This document shows positions 11,045 to 20,551 of a stretch of 64,000 nt of DNA, piece after piece. The DNA comes from an uncultured delta proteobacterium (GTDB taxonomy: Bacteria > Desulfobacterota > Binatia > UBA9968), in NCBI GenBank assembly GCA_963840855.1, contig CAWJBB010000061.1, positions 32,001-96,000 of the forward strand, written 5' to 3'. The position numbers and the translations under genes were made by a program. The notes beneath the pieces were generated by a model, which made no database searches, was not told the origin of the DNA, and was given only the letters and a program-made list of their open reading frames with translations. Within the stretch, counting starts at the first letter, position 1. Every line of letters begins with the position of its first letter.

Positions 11045-11098
11045 GTTCGTAAACGCCCAAAGGGACATTTCAATATCCAAGCCCCAATATAAAAATCC

Positions 11099-11183
11099 GT
11101 CATACCCGCGAACGCGGTATCCAGATCATAACGTAAAGAACTAACTCAAAACAAATCTAGATTTCCGCCTGCGCAGGAATGAT
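11099..11183. repeat. REP-like inverted pair (GTCATnCCCGCG..GCGG.ATCCAG type)
   Basis: gtcatacccgcgaacgcggtatccag ... ctagatttccgcctgcgcaggaatga. A related half copy lies near 9160-9190. Confidence 0.65.
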
Positions 11184-11291
11184 AAACCGGATACCGAAAG
11201 TGGCGTCACCACGGTCCAGGCGCTCATGAGCCTCCAGTAGTCAATGCTCTCGCACAACTTTTTCGGTCTTTGGAAATGCGAGACCCACGAT

Positions 11292-12541
11292 TTACTTTTT
11301 TAGTAATATCATCCCAGTATGTGGACCCAGCCGCTGTTTACGGTTCTTGACGGGATTTCCCAAGGTGTCCCAAAAACCGACTTCCACATCACAATAGGCC
11401 GTTTGAGTAGTTGGGTTAACGAGAATCCTTGCCTTAGAAAATTCGCGCACCCAAAGCTCTCCAACATTCCGCCTTGACCCAATGGCTTTCCAATGTCAAG
11501 ATCAAATTCTTTAAACCAGAAATGAGGCACACTGGACGTGCCTTCTTTGAACGACCAAAAGGTTTGAGCACCAGCAATCAACAAATAAGTGCAATAAGCG
11601 TACAAAGTTCTCGGCACATCTCCCGAAAGATTAGCCGGATTAGTACCTACCGACAAAACCTTTCCTGCTGACATTTTCTCGATCACGTCTAAGTACCCGG
11701 CAACCGAATCCTTGTCGGAAAAACCGTGCTCATTGGGAGCATCCAGAGCAAATCCTTCCAATTCCACACCTGCCGCGATCCGCTGTACATCAAGCACGAA
11801 TTTTGGATTAAAATGATGTCCCCACTTAAGAAGTACAATAGGTTCGACATTGGGAACTAATGGTTTTGTCAACTTAGGAACTACGTTGCGAAGAAACTTC
11901 AACTGCGCAGCTTGCCACGTCGTATCGCTCGTATAATTTAATTGCTTGGTAGCTCGACCGACCCATTCGTGGCCATGACTCACCGGAGTGGATAAAAACT
12001 CATCTAAAATTACGCCGTCCCAAGAAGCCGTGGCCAATAGTTTGTTTAACTTCTGCACGAAAAATGTTGCCCAATCTGCGAGACCCGGATCGGGCCAAAA
12101 CTTTCTATCCCATGAGAAACCCTCAATCGGTTTCCCATTGGCGCCTTTCAATAAATAATCAGGCCGATTCTTTAGAATCCATTGAGTGGTTTGTGAATCT
12201 ACACTTCCAGCGTCCATTCCCGAAGCAGTTAACGTAAGTGAACTGGCAAAGTATAGATAAACTTTTGCAGTTCGGTTTACTTGTTTAATCACTTTAACCA
12301 TACTATTGTTGCGTGGGCCTAAGAGCCATAAATCATAATGTGGCGCCAGTCTCTTGATTTCTTCAACCAACGCCGATGTAGAACTGAATCCCCCTCCACG
12401 TAGCTTTGCATATCGAGACTTGCCCATCGATACCCGGGGATATGTACTAAGCTTGGTAGCGACAATCGCGTGAAATGCCTTAGCCCCTGATCCCAATGAT
12501 GACGCATCGGGCAATGGAGGTAGCACAGTTGGAGAAATCAT
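11292..12541 (-). CDS. Putative TIM-barrel glycoside hydrolase-like protein (GHL15-like), AT-rich, one frameshift near 11470
   Basis: KQVNRTAKVYLY, RPDYLLKGANGKPI, WDGVILDE and FDLDIGKPLG. An alternative frame gives the tail LWVREFSKARILVNPT...LGPHTGMILLKK*. ATG 12541 follows AAAGGAAA. Confidence 0.6.
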
Positions 12542-12611
12542 TGTGGTTTCCTTTCTAAAGACAAGTCGTTCATGGTCCCTCAGATCATATTCACTACGTA
12601 AAAACACGCAA

Positions 12612-12840
12612 TGCAAGCGCCTGGCGATTTCTCGCTTCGGCAGCGCGTCGGATTCGGGCGTGCGTGATCTCCAACGCTTCGGATTAGATCCCCATGTGTT
12701 GCCCGCCGCGATCCAAACCCAACTCACCTGGATGGCCGAGCGCGATCCTCGCGCGAAAAACGCCAAGCCGGAACAGTTTATCGATGGAACGATCTTAAGA
12801 GAAATCGAAAAAAGCGAGTTTGTGACGCGGCTGCTAACAA
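12612..12840 (+). pseudogene. Internally deleted remnant of an SsuA/THI5-type substrate-binding protein
   Basis: KRLAISRFGSASDSGVR.LQRFGLDP (mid-protein) is joined directly to ERDPRAKNAKPEQFIDGTILREIEKSEFV (C-terminus). Both pieces align by eye with 4280..5269. Confidence 0.7.
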
Positions 12841-13166
12841 CAGAAATAGGCAGGATGGTTTTTTTGTGTTTCAAAAACCGAAGCTCGCGAGCGATTGGTT
12901 TGACCGGGAAATGAACATTCCTCTTGCAAACTGGAGAACGAGTGACCCGCGGGCGTCAGCCGCGCCCAGAAGTTCCAGCTTCCAGGCACCGGCTGCACAC
13001 GCGGCGTTAAGCGAGATGGAGGTCGCGATGCAGCTGTACCAGCACGAATCTGAAAGCTGGTTCACGCCGGTCTGACTCTCGCGTTGTCAAGTCGCGGTTC
13101 TCCCCAGCCAAGAATCCTTCATCAAGAGAATATAGCACTGTCTCGATTACTATCCGTAAAATAAAC

Positions 13167-13193
13167 GAGGCAGAGCCATAAAGACTCTGCCTC
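13167..13193 (-). terminator. Intrinsic terminator of the cupredoxin-like gene
   Basis: GAGGCAGAG/CTCTGCCTC stem followed by a T-rich tract on the minus strand. Confidence 0.7.
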
Positions 13194-13211
13194 TGACTGT
13201 TTTGAAATAGC

Positions 13212-13816
13212 TTATTTGCCCGGAAGAACTTTCACGAAACCGAACATCTCAACTTCAGTAGGGGGAGCGAAATGATTACTGACGCGCACAGATCACCAGA
13301 TAGGTACCGGGATTAGAAAACTGCACAACTTCAACGCCATCGCGCCGAGCGGGATTTAGCATTTAAGAACGCTCCCCGGTAAATTCTGTCGGCAGACTGA
13401 TTGAGAATTCCGCCGGCCGTAACCGCGAGCGAGATACCGCTCTGAGGACTACAGACGATAAGGATGCGACACGCGGCTGAGGACCAACAGGGAGTTTCTA
13501 TATCAAGGCTAATTTGCTGGGTATAGTACCATCATCGTAGACGGCTACGATGTGCCCACCGCTAATGATAAAATTGACCGAGCCACCTGCCTTTATAGTG
13601 ACGACATCTGAGGATGCCAACTCGTGATTATTGCCCACGCCTCCTGTCGGATCAGCAAGTAGCCTATCGAGCGGTGGCTCGGTTTCCCACTGTCCAAAAC
13701 TTACCGTCGCTTTCCTAGCATGCCGGCGGACCGTCTATGGCCGTTGCCGAGGAAGCACTCAAAGCGAACGCACAGAAGGTCAAAATACCGATCATCGATA
13801 GTATTGAACGTTTCAT
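13212..13816 (-). pseudogene. Exported cupredoxin (type-1 copper)-like protein with multiple frameshifts, absent from the ORF track
   Basis: Hand translation gives MKRSILSMIGILTFCAFALSASSATA (signal), ATVSFGQW...VTIKAGGSVNFIISGGHIVAVYDDG, VEVVQFSNPGTYLVIC and EMFGFVKVLPGK*. AGGAG SD. May be intact if the indels are sequencing errors. Confidence 0.7.
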
Positions 13817-14125
13817 TGGGTTTCTACTCCTAAGTTGTCAAGCTCACGTTATTGTCTCAAACATACTCCATGGCACGAACATTCGCCCACGCGAAGGCCC
13901 ACGGAAATCCTTCGGGGGGTTATCACTTCCATATTGGCGGACCTCTTCCACCTAATATTATCTGACAAAGGCGAAGTCTTGCCAAATCTCCTGATGCGTG
14001 AAGGCCACTGCTTTGCCGTACTTTGGCAGCAAAGTGCGGACAATATCGACGACCGGCCCGCACATGCGGCTGGTGCAAAATTGCGGCGTGGCAAACACGA
14101 TAAGCTGCGGCTTCCCTTGCATAGG

Positions 14126-15547
14126 TTAGCCCAGCGCGACTTCAGGCCGTCTGCGTCCAAAGCCCGTCGCTTGCTCAAACGCATGGGCAATTTGCAGCAC
14201 GCCGAAATCGTCGCGGTAGCGGCCGACGATTTGAATGCCGACGGGCAAGCCATCGGACGTAAATCCGGCGGGCACCGAGATCGCGGGACAGAAGGTCGCG
14301 CTGATCCAATACGCCGATTTCATCCACGCGATATAGTTCTCCATCACCACCCCCTCGATTTCACGGGGCCAGTGCGTCTTAGCGTCGAACGGCGGCACCT
14401 GGTTCACCGCGCAGATTAGGAATTCATACTGCTCCTGGAAGCGGCGCACGCGTTCCATTAGCTCACCGCGCCGGGCCATCGCCTGGGCGATATCGGCCCC
14501 GGAATAGCGGCTGCCGGCTTCGATTTGCCACACCGCCTCCGGTTTCATTTCATGCCGATGGTTCTCGAGCAGTGGACCCAAGGTGTGCCAGTAGTTCCAC
14601 GCGCGCAGAACCAGGAAAACTTCGTCAGCGCCGCTCAAGTCGGGACAGGCCGCCTCGACGATACAGCCGAGGCCGGTGAATGATTTAAACTGCGCCTCCA
14701 GTACCGATCGAACCCGTCGATCGAGCGGCAAACCACCCAGGTCGGGACACCAGGCGACCCGCACGTTCTTGAAATCGCGCTCCAAGGGTTGGCTAAAAGT
14801 AGTTGGGTCGGAAGGATAGCAGGCCGGATCGCGCGGATGAGCACCCGCCATCGCGCTGAGCAGGAATGCAATGTCGGCGACTGACCGCGCCATCGGCCCT
14901 TTAACGCTAACGCCAAAAAATGGCAACGCCGTCGGCGCTGTGGGCACGAGCCCTACGGTCGGACGAAGCGCAACGATGTTGTTGAAGTTGGCCGGATTGC
15001 GCAGCGAACCGCCGTGATCACTGCCACTCGCCAGCGGCAATAGACCCGCGGCAAGCGCAGCCCCTGCGCCACCGCTCGAGCCCCCGGCGCTTTTAGTGAG
15101 GTCGTAGGGATTAAGCGTGGTTCCGTATACTTCATTGTAAGTGTGCGAACCCATGCCAAACTCGGAGACGTTGGTCTTGCCGATGGGGATTACACCCGCG
15201 CCGCGCAACCGTTCCACCAGCACTGAATCTCCACTCGGCATGAAGTCTTTGAAGATCGGCGAACCCCGGGTCATGGGAAAACCAACCGCGGAGTCTAGAT
15301 CCTTAAAAGCAAAGGGTAGGCCATGGAGCGGTCCAACCGTATCGCCTCCCGTCAATCGCCGATCGGCCTCGTCGGCTTGGGCGAGACATTTCTCGTCATC
15401 CAGCTTGGCGACGATTGCGTTGATCTTGGGATTGACCCGCTCGATCTGGCGCAGATAGGCGCTCATGACTTCGCGCGCGGAAAGCGCGCGCCCGCGAATG
15501 AATTCCGCCAGCTCTCTGGCGCTAGTAAAGCAAATCTCGTTAGCCAT
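14126..15547 (-). CDS. Amidase signature family enzyme
   Basis: GPLHGLPFAFKD, GGSSGG and GSDHGGSLRNPA, giving the Ser-cisSer-Lys triad. Confidence 0.95.
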   Translation of the reverse strand: MANEICFTSARELAEFIRGRALSAREVMSAYLRQIERVNPKINAIVAKLDDEKCLAQADEADRRLTGGDTVGPLHGLPFAFKDLDSAVGFPMTRGSPIFKDFMPSGDSVLVERLRGAGVIPIGKTNVSEFGMGSHTYNEVYGTTLNPYDLTKSAGGSSGGAGAALAAGLLPLASGSDHGGSLRNPANFNNIVALRPTVGLVPTAPTALPFFGVSVKGPMARSVADIAFLLSAMAGAHPRDPACYPSDPTTFSQPLERDFKNVRVAWCPDLGGLPLDRRVRSVLEAQFKSFTGLGCIVEAACPDLSGADEVFLVLRAWNYWHTLGPLLENHRHEMKPEAVWQIEAGSRYSGADIAQAMARRGELMERVRRFQEQYEFLICAVNQVPPFDAKTHWPREIEGVVMENYIAWMKSAYWISATFCPAISVPAGFTSDGLPVGIQIVGRYRDDFGVLQIAHAFEQATGFGRRRPEVALG

Positions 15548-15639
15548 GAGTTCGCTCGCGGCGCTATGCTGTGCCGGCCGGCCGAACTTGTCCTTCTATT
15601 AGCTGGTCATAACAGCAGGCGCTTCATCTTGGCGCCTTG

Positions 15640-16197
15640 CTATTTCTGTTTATCCAAGAAGGACAGCCGCTCGGCCATGGGCGTCTCGGGAAAAACATAA
15701 CCGCAGGCGCGGCAGGTGCGCAGAGTGGGATCAGCATTGAATTCGTTATAAACGGCGGAAACCTGCGACGGGATGTTGCCCTGGTTTACCACGCGCGCGA
15801 GCACAAGTTCGTCGCACTTCTCGCAGAACCACACGAACTCCTCTTTTTCTTCTTGCCGCCGCTTGCGCTCGATGACCAAGCCCCAAGTGTTCTCGGAGCG
15901 GCGCGGCGAATGCGGCAATCCGCCGGGGCAAACGAAGATTTCCCCTTCCTTGATCTGCACCGATTGCCGGCGCTCGCCTTCGGGTTTGAGAACCAGCTCC
16001 ATTTCGCCCTCGACTTGATAGAAAAATTCGTCGCCGGGATCGATATGAAAATCGAGCCGCGTATTCGGCCCGCGCAGGATCATTACCAAAAAGTCTTTGT
16101 GCGCGACAATCAGTTTGTTGGTCCGAACAGGCGGATTGAAATAAGAACGGTTTTCCTCAACCCACTTCTTCAGATGATAGGTGGACAGCAATTCCAT
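15640..16197 (-). CDS. nbaC: 3-hydroxyanthranilate 3,4-dioxygenase
   Basis: PPV.TNK, GPN.R.DFH...DEFFYQ, PHSP.R and VIER.R, plus rubredoxin-like CEKC/CRAC pairs. Confidence 0.9.
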   Translation of the reverse strand: MELLSTYHLKKWVEENRSYFNPPVRTNKLIVAHKDFLVMILRGPNTRLDFHIDPGDEFFYQVEGEMELVLKPEGERRQSVQIKEGEIFVCPGGLPHSPRRSENTWGLVIERKRRQEEKEEFVWFCEKCDELVLARVVNQGNIPSQVSAVYNEFNADPTLRTCRACGYVFPETPMAERLSFLDKQK

Positions 16198-16239
16198 AAT
16201 ATTTCTCGCTGGAGTGATGGAGTATACTCCAACACTCCA

Positions 16240-17022
16240 TTACTCCAATTTTCTCGGCTGCTCGCATTCCCGCGCGACGCCGTCGGTGAGGGCCCACCAT
16301 ATCGACAAACCTTTACGCAATGCTTTCAACACCCGCGCCTGCAATTCATTCGTGATGGCGAACTCTTCCACCAGTTCGTAGCCGATGTTGCTGTGCTCGG
16401 TATCGGCTTCGCCGTGCTCGGCGAAAAACTCGATGTCGTGCGGCTTCAAGCCGTAATGATCGCGGAAAGCTCGGAAAAACTTGCCGCCGGTCAATTGGTT
16501 GGAGAATTCGTTGCAGCAGTTCGTCGACGCGACTTGCTCGAGGATATGATTACTGCGCAGCGCAATATCGAGCCACCCCACCCGGGCCAATACCGTCGTC
16601 GGGAGAAAGTCTTCTTCAATCTCGCATCGTTCGAGTTCCTGCGCGGCAATCCCGATGCTTTCGCCAAAACGCAGAAACAGGGCGCGGTGGCCCAAGACCG
16701 GGCGCGGCGATCCTTCGAAATAGGTATAGCCGACTTCGGAATGAATGATATCGACAAACTTCTTGTGAATTTCGGGATCGTGGATGCCGGAAAGCTGGCA
16801 GCGCACGAGTTTGGCCGTGTTGATGGCTACGTTATAGCTGAAGATGCCCCAGGCTTCTCTGGCCCATATGCGCACGGCCTCTATCGAAAGCTTACCTTCA
16901 TAAAGATCGAGATAAAACGGATGGTAAAGGCGCGCGTGGCGGTTCTTCACTTCCTCCATCAAGGCCGCACAGAACTCTTTTGTCGGAAGTGTCTTGCCGC
17001 CTAGCACCGCTTCAACTGACAT
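16240..17022 (-). CDS. Heme-oxygenase-like diiron protein (PqqC/CADD/TenA superfamily)
   Basis: HPFY...EGKL, an E...H pair (SEVG...GH), CNEF and the H-x3-D-x2-H motif EHGEADTEH. Confidence 0.8.
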   Translation of the reverse strand: MSVEAVLGGKTLPTKEFCAALMEEVKNRHARLYHPFYLDLYEGKLSIEAVRIWAREAWGIFSYNVAINTAKLVRCQLSGIHDPEIHKKFVDIIHSEVGYTYFEGSPRPVLGHRALFLRFGESIGIAAQELERCEIEEDFLPTTVLARVGWLDIALRSNHILEQVASTNCCNEFSNQLTGGKFFRAFRDHYGLKPHDIEFFAEHGEADTEHSNIGYELVEEFAITNELQARVLKALRKGLSIWWALTDGVARECEQPRKLE

Positions 17023-17069
17023 GGATGACCTCGCCAGCTTCAGTCCAAAAATCTACAAAAAGTACATGC

Positions 17070-17137
17070 GAGATTCTTCGTGGCGCTCAGAATGACAGAT
17101 TCGGGGATTGTCATCCTGAACGAAGTGAAAGGATCTC
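17070..17137. repeat. REP-like palindrome (GTCATCCTGA.CGAAG.GAAGGATCTC type)
   Basis: gagattcttcgtggcgctcagaatgaca ... tgtcatcctgaacgaagtgaaaggatctc inverted pair. Confidence 0.7.
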
Positions 17138-17163
17138 GTCCCCTTTAACATCACTCCACGCCA

Positions 17164-17310
17164 TCAGCGTCGATACAGCTCGGCGATGTAAGCACCGTCC
17201 TCCAGCTCCTTTAGGAAACGCGGCTCGATGAATCGTTTCGGATCGGCGCCTCTGGCTTTGACATTGGTTTTTGCCAGGTCTTCCAAAGCAGCGATTTCTT
17301 CAACGTCACT
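17164..17310 (-). pseudogene. C-terminal remnant of an SsuA/THI5-type substrate-binding protein
   Basis: Reads LEDLAKTNVKARGADPKRFIEPRFLKELEDGAYIAELYRR*, matching the C-terminus of 4280..5269. Confidence 0.7.
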
Positions 17311-17313
17311 CCC

Positions 17314-17745
17314 TTATTGCTTTTCGCGCTCGTCGTACTTGAATTTGTTAGCATTGCAAGCTACTTCGACGCGGTTGCCGTCAGGATCGAGAAAACTGAT
17401 GGAGCGGTTGCCGGCGACAACCAGCGTCTCCGGTCCGCTGACAATCGGAATTTTCCGCCGTTTCAAGATCGGATACAGCTTGTCGATGACTTCGTTGGCA
17501 TCGACGTAGATACAAAAATGATGGAGTTTGGGCATCCCCTTCCCCGTTACGAGTTTCGCGCCCGCCGGCAGCGCCTGCAGAGCAACGTCATGGTGTTCCC
17601 GCCCGTAACTCAAGAACGTCATCTTCGTCTGCTTGTTCCGCGCCGAGACTTTTAACCCGAGCACTGAGCGGTAAAAATTCTCCGACTTCTTGAGATTCGC
17701 CACGTTCAGTACGATGTGGCCCAATACTCCGTTCGAGACGCTCAT
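17314..17745 (-). CDS. VOC/glyoxalase family protein
   Basis: LGHIVLNV, FY..VLGL, HHDVAL, LHHF and FLDPDGNRVE motifs. Confidence 0.9.
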   Translation of the reverse strand: MSVSNGVLGHIVLNVANLKKSENFYRSVLGLKVSARNKQTKMTFLSYGREHHDVALQALPAGAKLVTGKGMPKLHHFCIYVDANEVIDKLYPILKRRKIPIVSGPETLVVAGNRSISFLDPDGNRVEVACNANKFKYDEREKQ

Positions 17746-18167
17746 CGTAGCTTCATTTAATCGGTGGAATCTTTGCTGTCAAGCTAATGTCTTCGCGTCT
17801 CGGCCACAGTCATACCGAGCACATCGCCTCGAATCGCAGTATCAACGTCACCGTTCCGGAGTACTTGAAGACGATCAGGTTAGGAATATCGACTCCGTAG
17901 ACACGCAGACCGGCATGTCGCACCTCCAGTGCCTTTAGCCGCGCATGGTGCAGCGCAAATCGAGGCCCTACCTGTTTCACTTCCAGCTTGACAAAGCTTT
18001 CGGAAGTCAGGAGAATCACGCCGGTTTTGGTAAGTTCGCAACCGTACTTGGTAGACCGACATAGCTGCGAGTCGGGGGTCGAGAAATTCACTGGCACCGT
18101 CATGCGCGACTGTTCCCTCACCCAATTTGCAGCCCGGAGTTATTGAAACCAGGAGGGAGGTTTTCAC

Positions 18168-19721
18168 ATGAAGCGTTCAATAATCGTGGGCCTAATTTGC
18201 TTATGGGGCATGTCAGTTCTCCCGGCACGAGGCGCATCGGTGCAGCCCAAGAGGGGCGGAACCATCACCCTCGCCACGCAGAACGATCTGGTTACGATGA
18301 ATCCGATGGTGCGAACGGCGTCAACAGAGAGGCTCATGCGCATGTTGATGTTCGATTCTCTGCTCGGCAGCGATCTTCAGGGAAAAGTGCAACCTAATCT
18401 CGCTGAGTCATGGGAAACCTCCTCGGACGGAAAAATTTACACCTTTCGCCTGCGCAAGGCGGTCATGTTTCACAACGGTAAGGAATTGTCGTCGGAAGAC
18501 GTCAAGTTTTCCATGAACTACACCATGGAGCCCAAGAATGGCGCCTACGGCTTCTCGCAACTCAGTTTAGTGGAGCGCGTGGAGGCGCCGGAAAAGTATC
18601 TACTGCGGGTGTACCTTAAAAAGCCGAGCGCGGTATTATTGTCGTCGTTGGCGGGCATCCAATCCTTTCCCGTCATCCCTAACGGCTCTCTCGAGGCGGG
18701 GCCCATGAAACCCACACAGTTCCCACCCGGGACCGGCCCCTTCAGGTTCGTCGAGTGGTTACCTGCCCAACGAGTGGTTTTTCAGCGTTTTGAGAATCAT
18801 TGGGGCCATAAAGCGTACGTGGACAGATTGGTGATCCGACCGATTGCCGACACGACCGTGCGTTTTACGGCTTTGCAAGCCGGAGACGTAGATATCGTAG
18901 AACGCACTCCCTACGAGTGGATGAAGCAGGTGGTCGAAGGCAAAGTCAAAGGCATCGGATCAGTCAAGGCCGCCACCGCGGGCTACCGTCGATTGATTTT
19001 CAATTTAACGCAGCCGCCTTTGAATAACAAAAAATTACGAGAGGCGATTGCCTATGCCGTCGATAAGAAGGAGATGCTCGATGCTGCGTATATGGGGTTC
19101 GGCGAGCCCACCGATCAGAAATATCCCAAAGACAACATGTGGCACGTTAAGGGAGCGCGCACGTATGCCCAGGATTTGAATAAAGCCAGGTCGCTTTTGA
19201 AAGAGGCGGACTACAAAGGCGAGGTCCTCGAAGTGCTTGCCGACCGGGCGCCTTTTCAGAGCACGGAAGTAACCATACTCCAGAGTCAACTCAAAAAGAT
19301 CGGCGTCGCGGTCAAGCTGAATATGGTCGAGTGGAGCGCCTATCGAGAACTACAGCGCAAGGGTAATTTTCATCTAATGATGTATGGTGGCAGCATTGAT
19401 CCGGATCCGTCTCTAACCTATGGGCCGGATTTTGGATGCGAGCAGGACCTCAAAAGCCGCAGCTCCAACATGCCGGGTTACTGCAACAAGGAAATCGACG
19501 CCCTGCTGGCGAAGGCGGAGTTGGAATCGGACAACAAGAAACGGAAGGAGCTTTTCGATCGGATCATTATCAAGATCAGCGACGACTTGCCGGAGCTACC
19601 GATCGGCTATGTGCCTCGATTTTACACGTTCCGCGACTATGTGAAGGGCTTCACCGTCAACGATGAAGGGGAATTTCAGTTCTATGGCGGAGGGCTGAGT
19701 CACGCCTGGTTGGACAAATAG
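18168..19721 (+). CDS. ABC peptide/nickel-type substrate-binding protein (family 5)
   Basis: PNLAESWE...YTF.LR..V.FHNG, GTGPF and LQAGDVD motifs, with a signal peptide and GGAGG SD. Confidence 0.93.
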   Translation: MKRSIIVGLICLWGMSVLPARGASVQPKRGGTITLATQNDLVTMNPMVRTASTERLMRMLMFDSLLGSDLQGKVQPNLAESWETSSDGKIYTFRLRKAVMFHNGKELSSEDVKFSMNYTMEPKNGAYGFSQLSLVERVEAPEKYLLRVYLKKPSAVLLSSLAGIQSFPVIPNGSLEAGPMKPTQFPPGTGPFRFVEWLPAQRVVFQRFENHWGHKAYVDRLVIRPIADTTVRFTALQAGDVDIVERTPYEWMKQVVEGKVKGIGSVKAATAGYRRLIFNLTQPPLNNKKLREAIAYAVDKKEMLDAAYMGFGEPTDQKYPKDNMWHVKGARTYAQDLNKARSLLKEADYKGEVLEVLADRAPFQSTEVTILQSQLKKIGVAVKLNMVEWSAYRELQRKGNFHLMMYGGSIDPDPSLTYGPDFGCEQDLKSRSSNMPGYCNKEIDALLAKAELESDNKKRKELFDRIIIKISDDLPELPIGYVPRFYTFRDYVKGFTVNDEGEFQFYGGGLSHAWLDK

Positions 19722-19815
19722 GAAACACTGGAGCCCCAACACCCCGAACAAAACTCGTGTCAAAAGGCACCGAGACGCAACAAACGGAGAAGCGATATCA
19801 CGAAACATATATTCT

Positions 19816-19893
19816 TGGGCTGAAGCCATCAAAATCTTCCGTCCCAAAACCGTCATCATCCACCATCACGACAACTGGCAGGTGCCATTTTCA
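19816..19893 (+). pseudogene. Possible C-terminal fragment of an MBL-fold hydrolase
   Basis: Reads WAEAIKIFRPKTVIIHHHDNWQVPFS, resembling the PK.VIP.H.D motif. The match is short. Confidence 0.35.
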
Positions 19894-19993
19894 GTGGAGA
19901 TCGCGATCGAACCGCAAACGGGTCCAGCGGATGGAGGTCGGAATCAAGTGGTCCGATGGGAATATCAAAGTCATCAATCAGGGGCAATGTGCG

Positions 19994-20377
19994 ATGAAGA
20001 CAAAAGGCGAAATCGAAGCCGAGATCAGTCAAGCCATCGTCCAATTCGAGATCGATTACATGGGCCGCGGCCCGAAAGAAACGCGCACCCATATCGTCGA
20101 AGACTTGGTTGTCGTTCGCCTCAAAGGCGTTTTGACCCCGGCGGAAGAACAATTGACAAAGTCGATCGAGGGCAAAGATCTGGTCAAAAAAATGCGCGCA
20201 ACTCTGATCGACAAAGCGCGCCCGCTTTTGTACCAGGTCGTTGGCGATATCACTGGCACGAAAATTCTCGATCTGCATACCGACATCAGCACGGAATCCG
20301 GTGAACGGGTCTTTGTCTTTTCCCTCGATAACAACCTGCCGAAAGCCGTGCGCGCGCCAAGGGCTCTTGACATATGA
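19994..20377 (+). CDS. MpsC / DUF2294 family protein
   Basis: MKTKGEIEAEIS, YMGRGP, D.VVVRLKGVLTPAE..L and LHTDIST.SGERVFVF. The start is placed at ATG 19994 rather than 19757. Confidence 0.88.
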   Translation: MKTKGEIEAEISQAIVQFEIDYMGRGPKETRTHIVEDLVVVRLKGVLTPAEEQLTKSIEGKDLVKKMRATLIDKARPLLYQVVGDITGTKILDLHTDISTESGERVFVFSLDNNLPKAVRAPRALDI

Positions 20378-20406
20378 CAGCATCGTTCCTATAAGCTAAG
20401 CCCCAA

Positions 20407-20505
20407 AGTCTGACGATTTCCCGAAGGGTTGGTTGAAATCAATCTAACCAGTCGGGGAATGGGCCGACCTAGGAAACTCAGGTTTCCGGTCGGCCTTTTT
20501 ATTTG
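20407..20505 (+). promoter_or_regulatory. Candidate attenuator: structured leader followed by an intrinsic terminator
   Basis: Stem 20416-24/20452-60 encloses an inner hairpin. Terminator GGCCGACC..GGAAAC/GTTTCC-GGTCGGCC is followed by TTTTTATTT. An alternative pairing GTCGG(20451-55)/CCGAC(20464-68) is possible. Confidence 0.55.
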
Positions 20506-20551
20506 GCTCAAGCTGTCTTCAAAGGCGCTAGTTAACAAGGGAGGTGTGAAC

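Noticed and set aside
12866-13075. 69-aa ORF in the AT-rich region
   Set aside because: No motif, SD or other support.
13872-13887. TGGCAC as a sigma-54 promoter
   Set aside because: The -12 element does not match TTGC at the right spacing, and it points away from the nearest gene start.
15637-17004. 455-aa plus-strand ORF
   Set aside because: It is the antisense shadow of the 3HAO and diiron genes and has no recognisable motifs.
17810-18167. Short minus-strand ORFs between the VOC gene and the peptide-binding protein
   Set aside because: No family motif or clear SD, so I cannot support a call.
19757-19993. N-terminal extension of MpsC in the ORF track
   Set aside because: Family similarity starts at ATG 19994, and part of the upstream stretch looks like a remnant in another frame.
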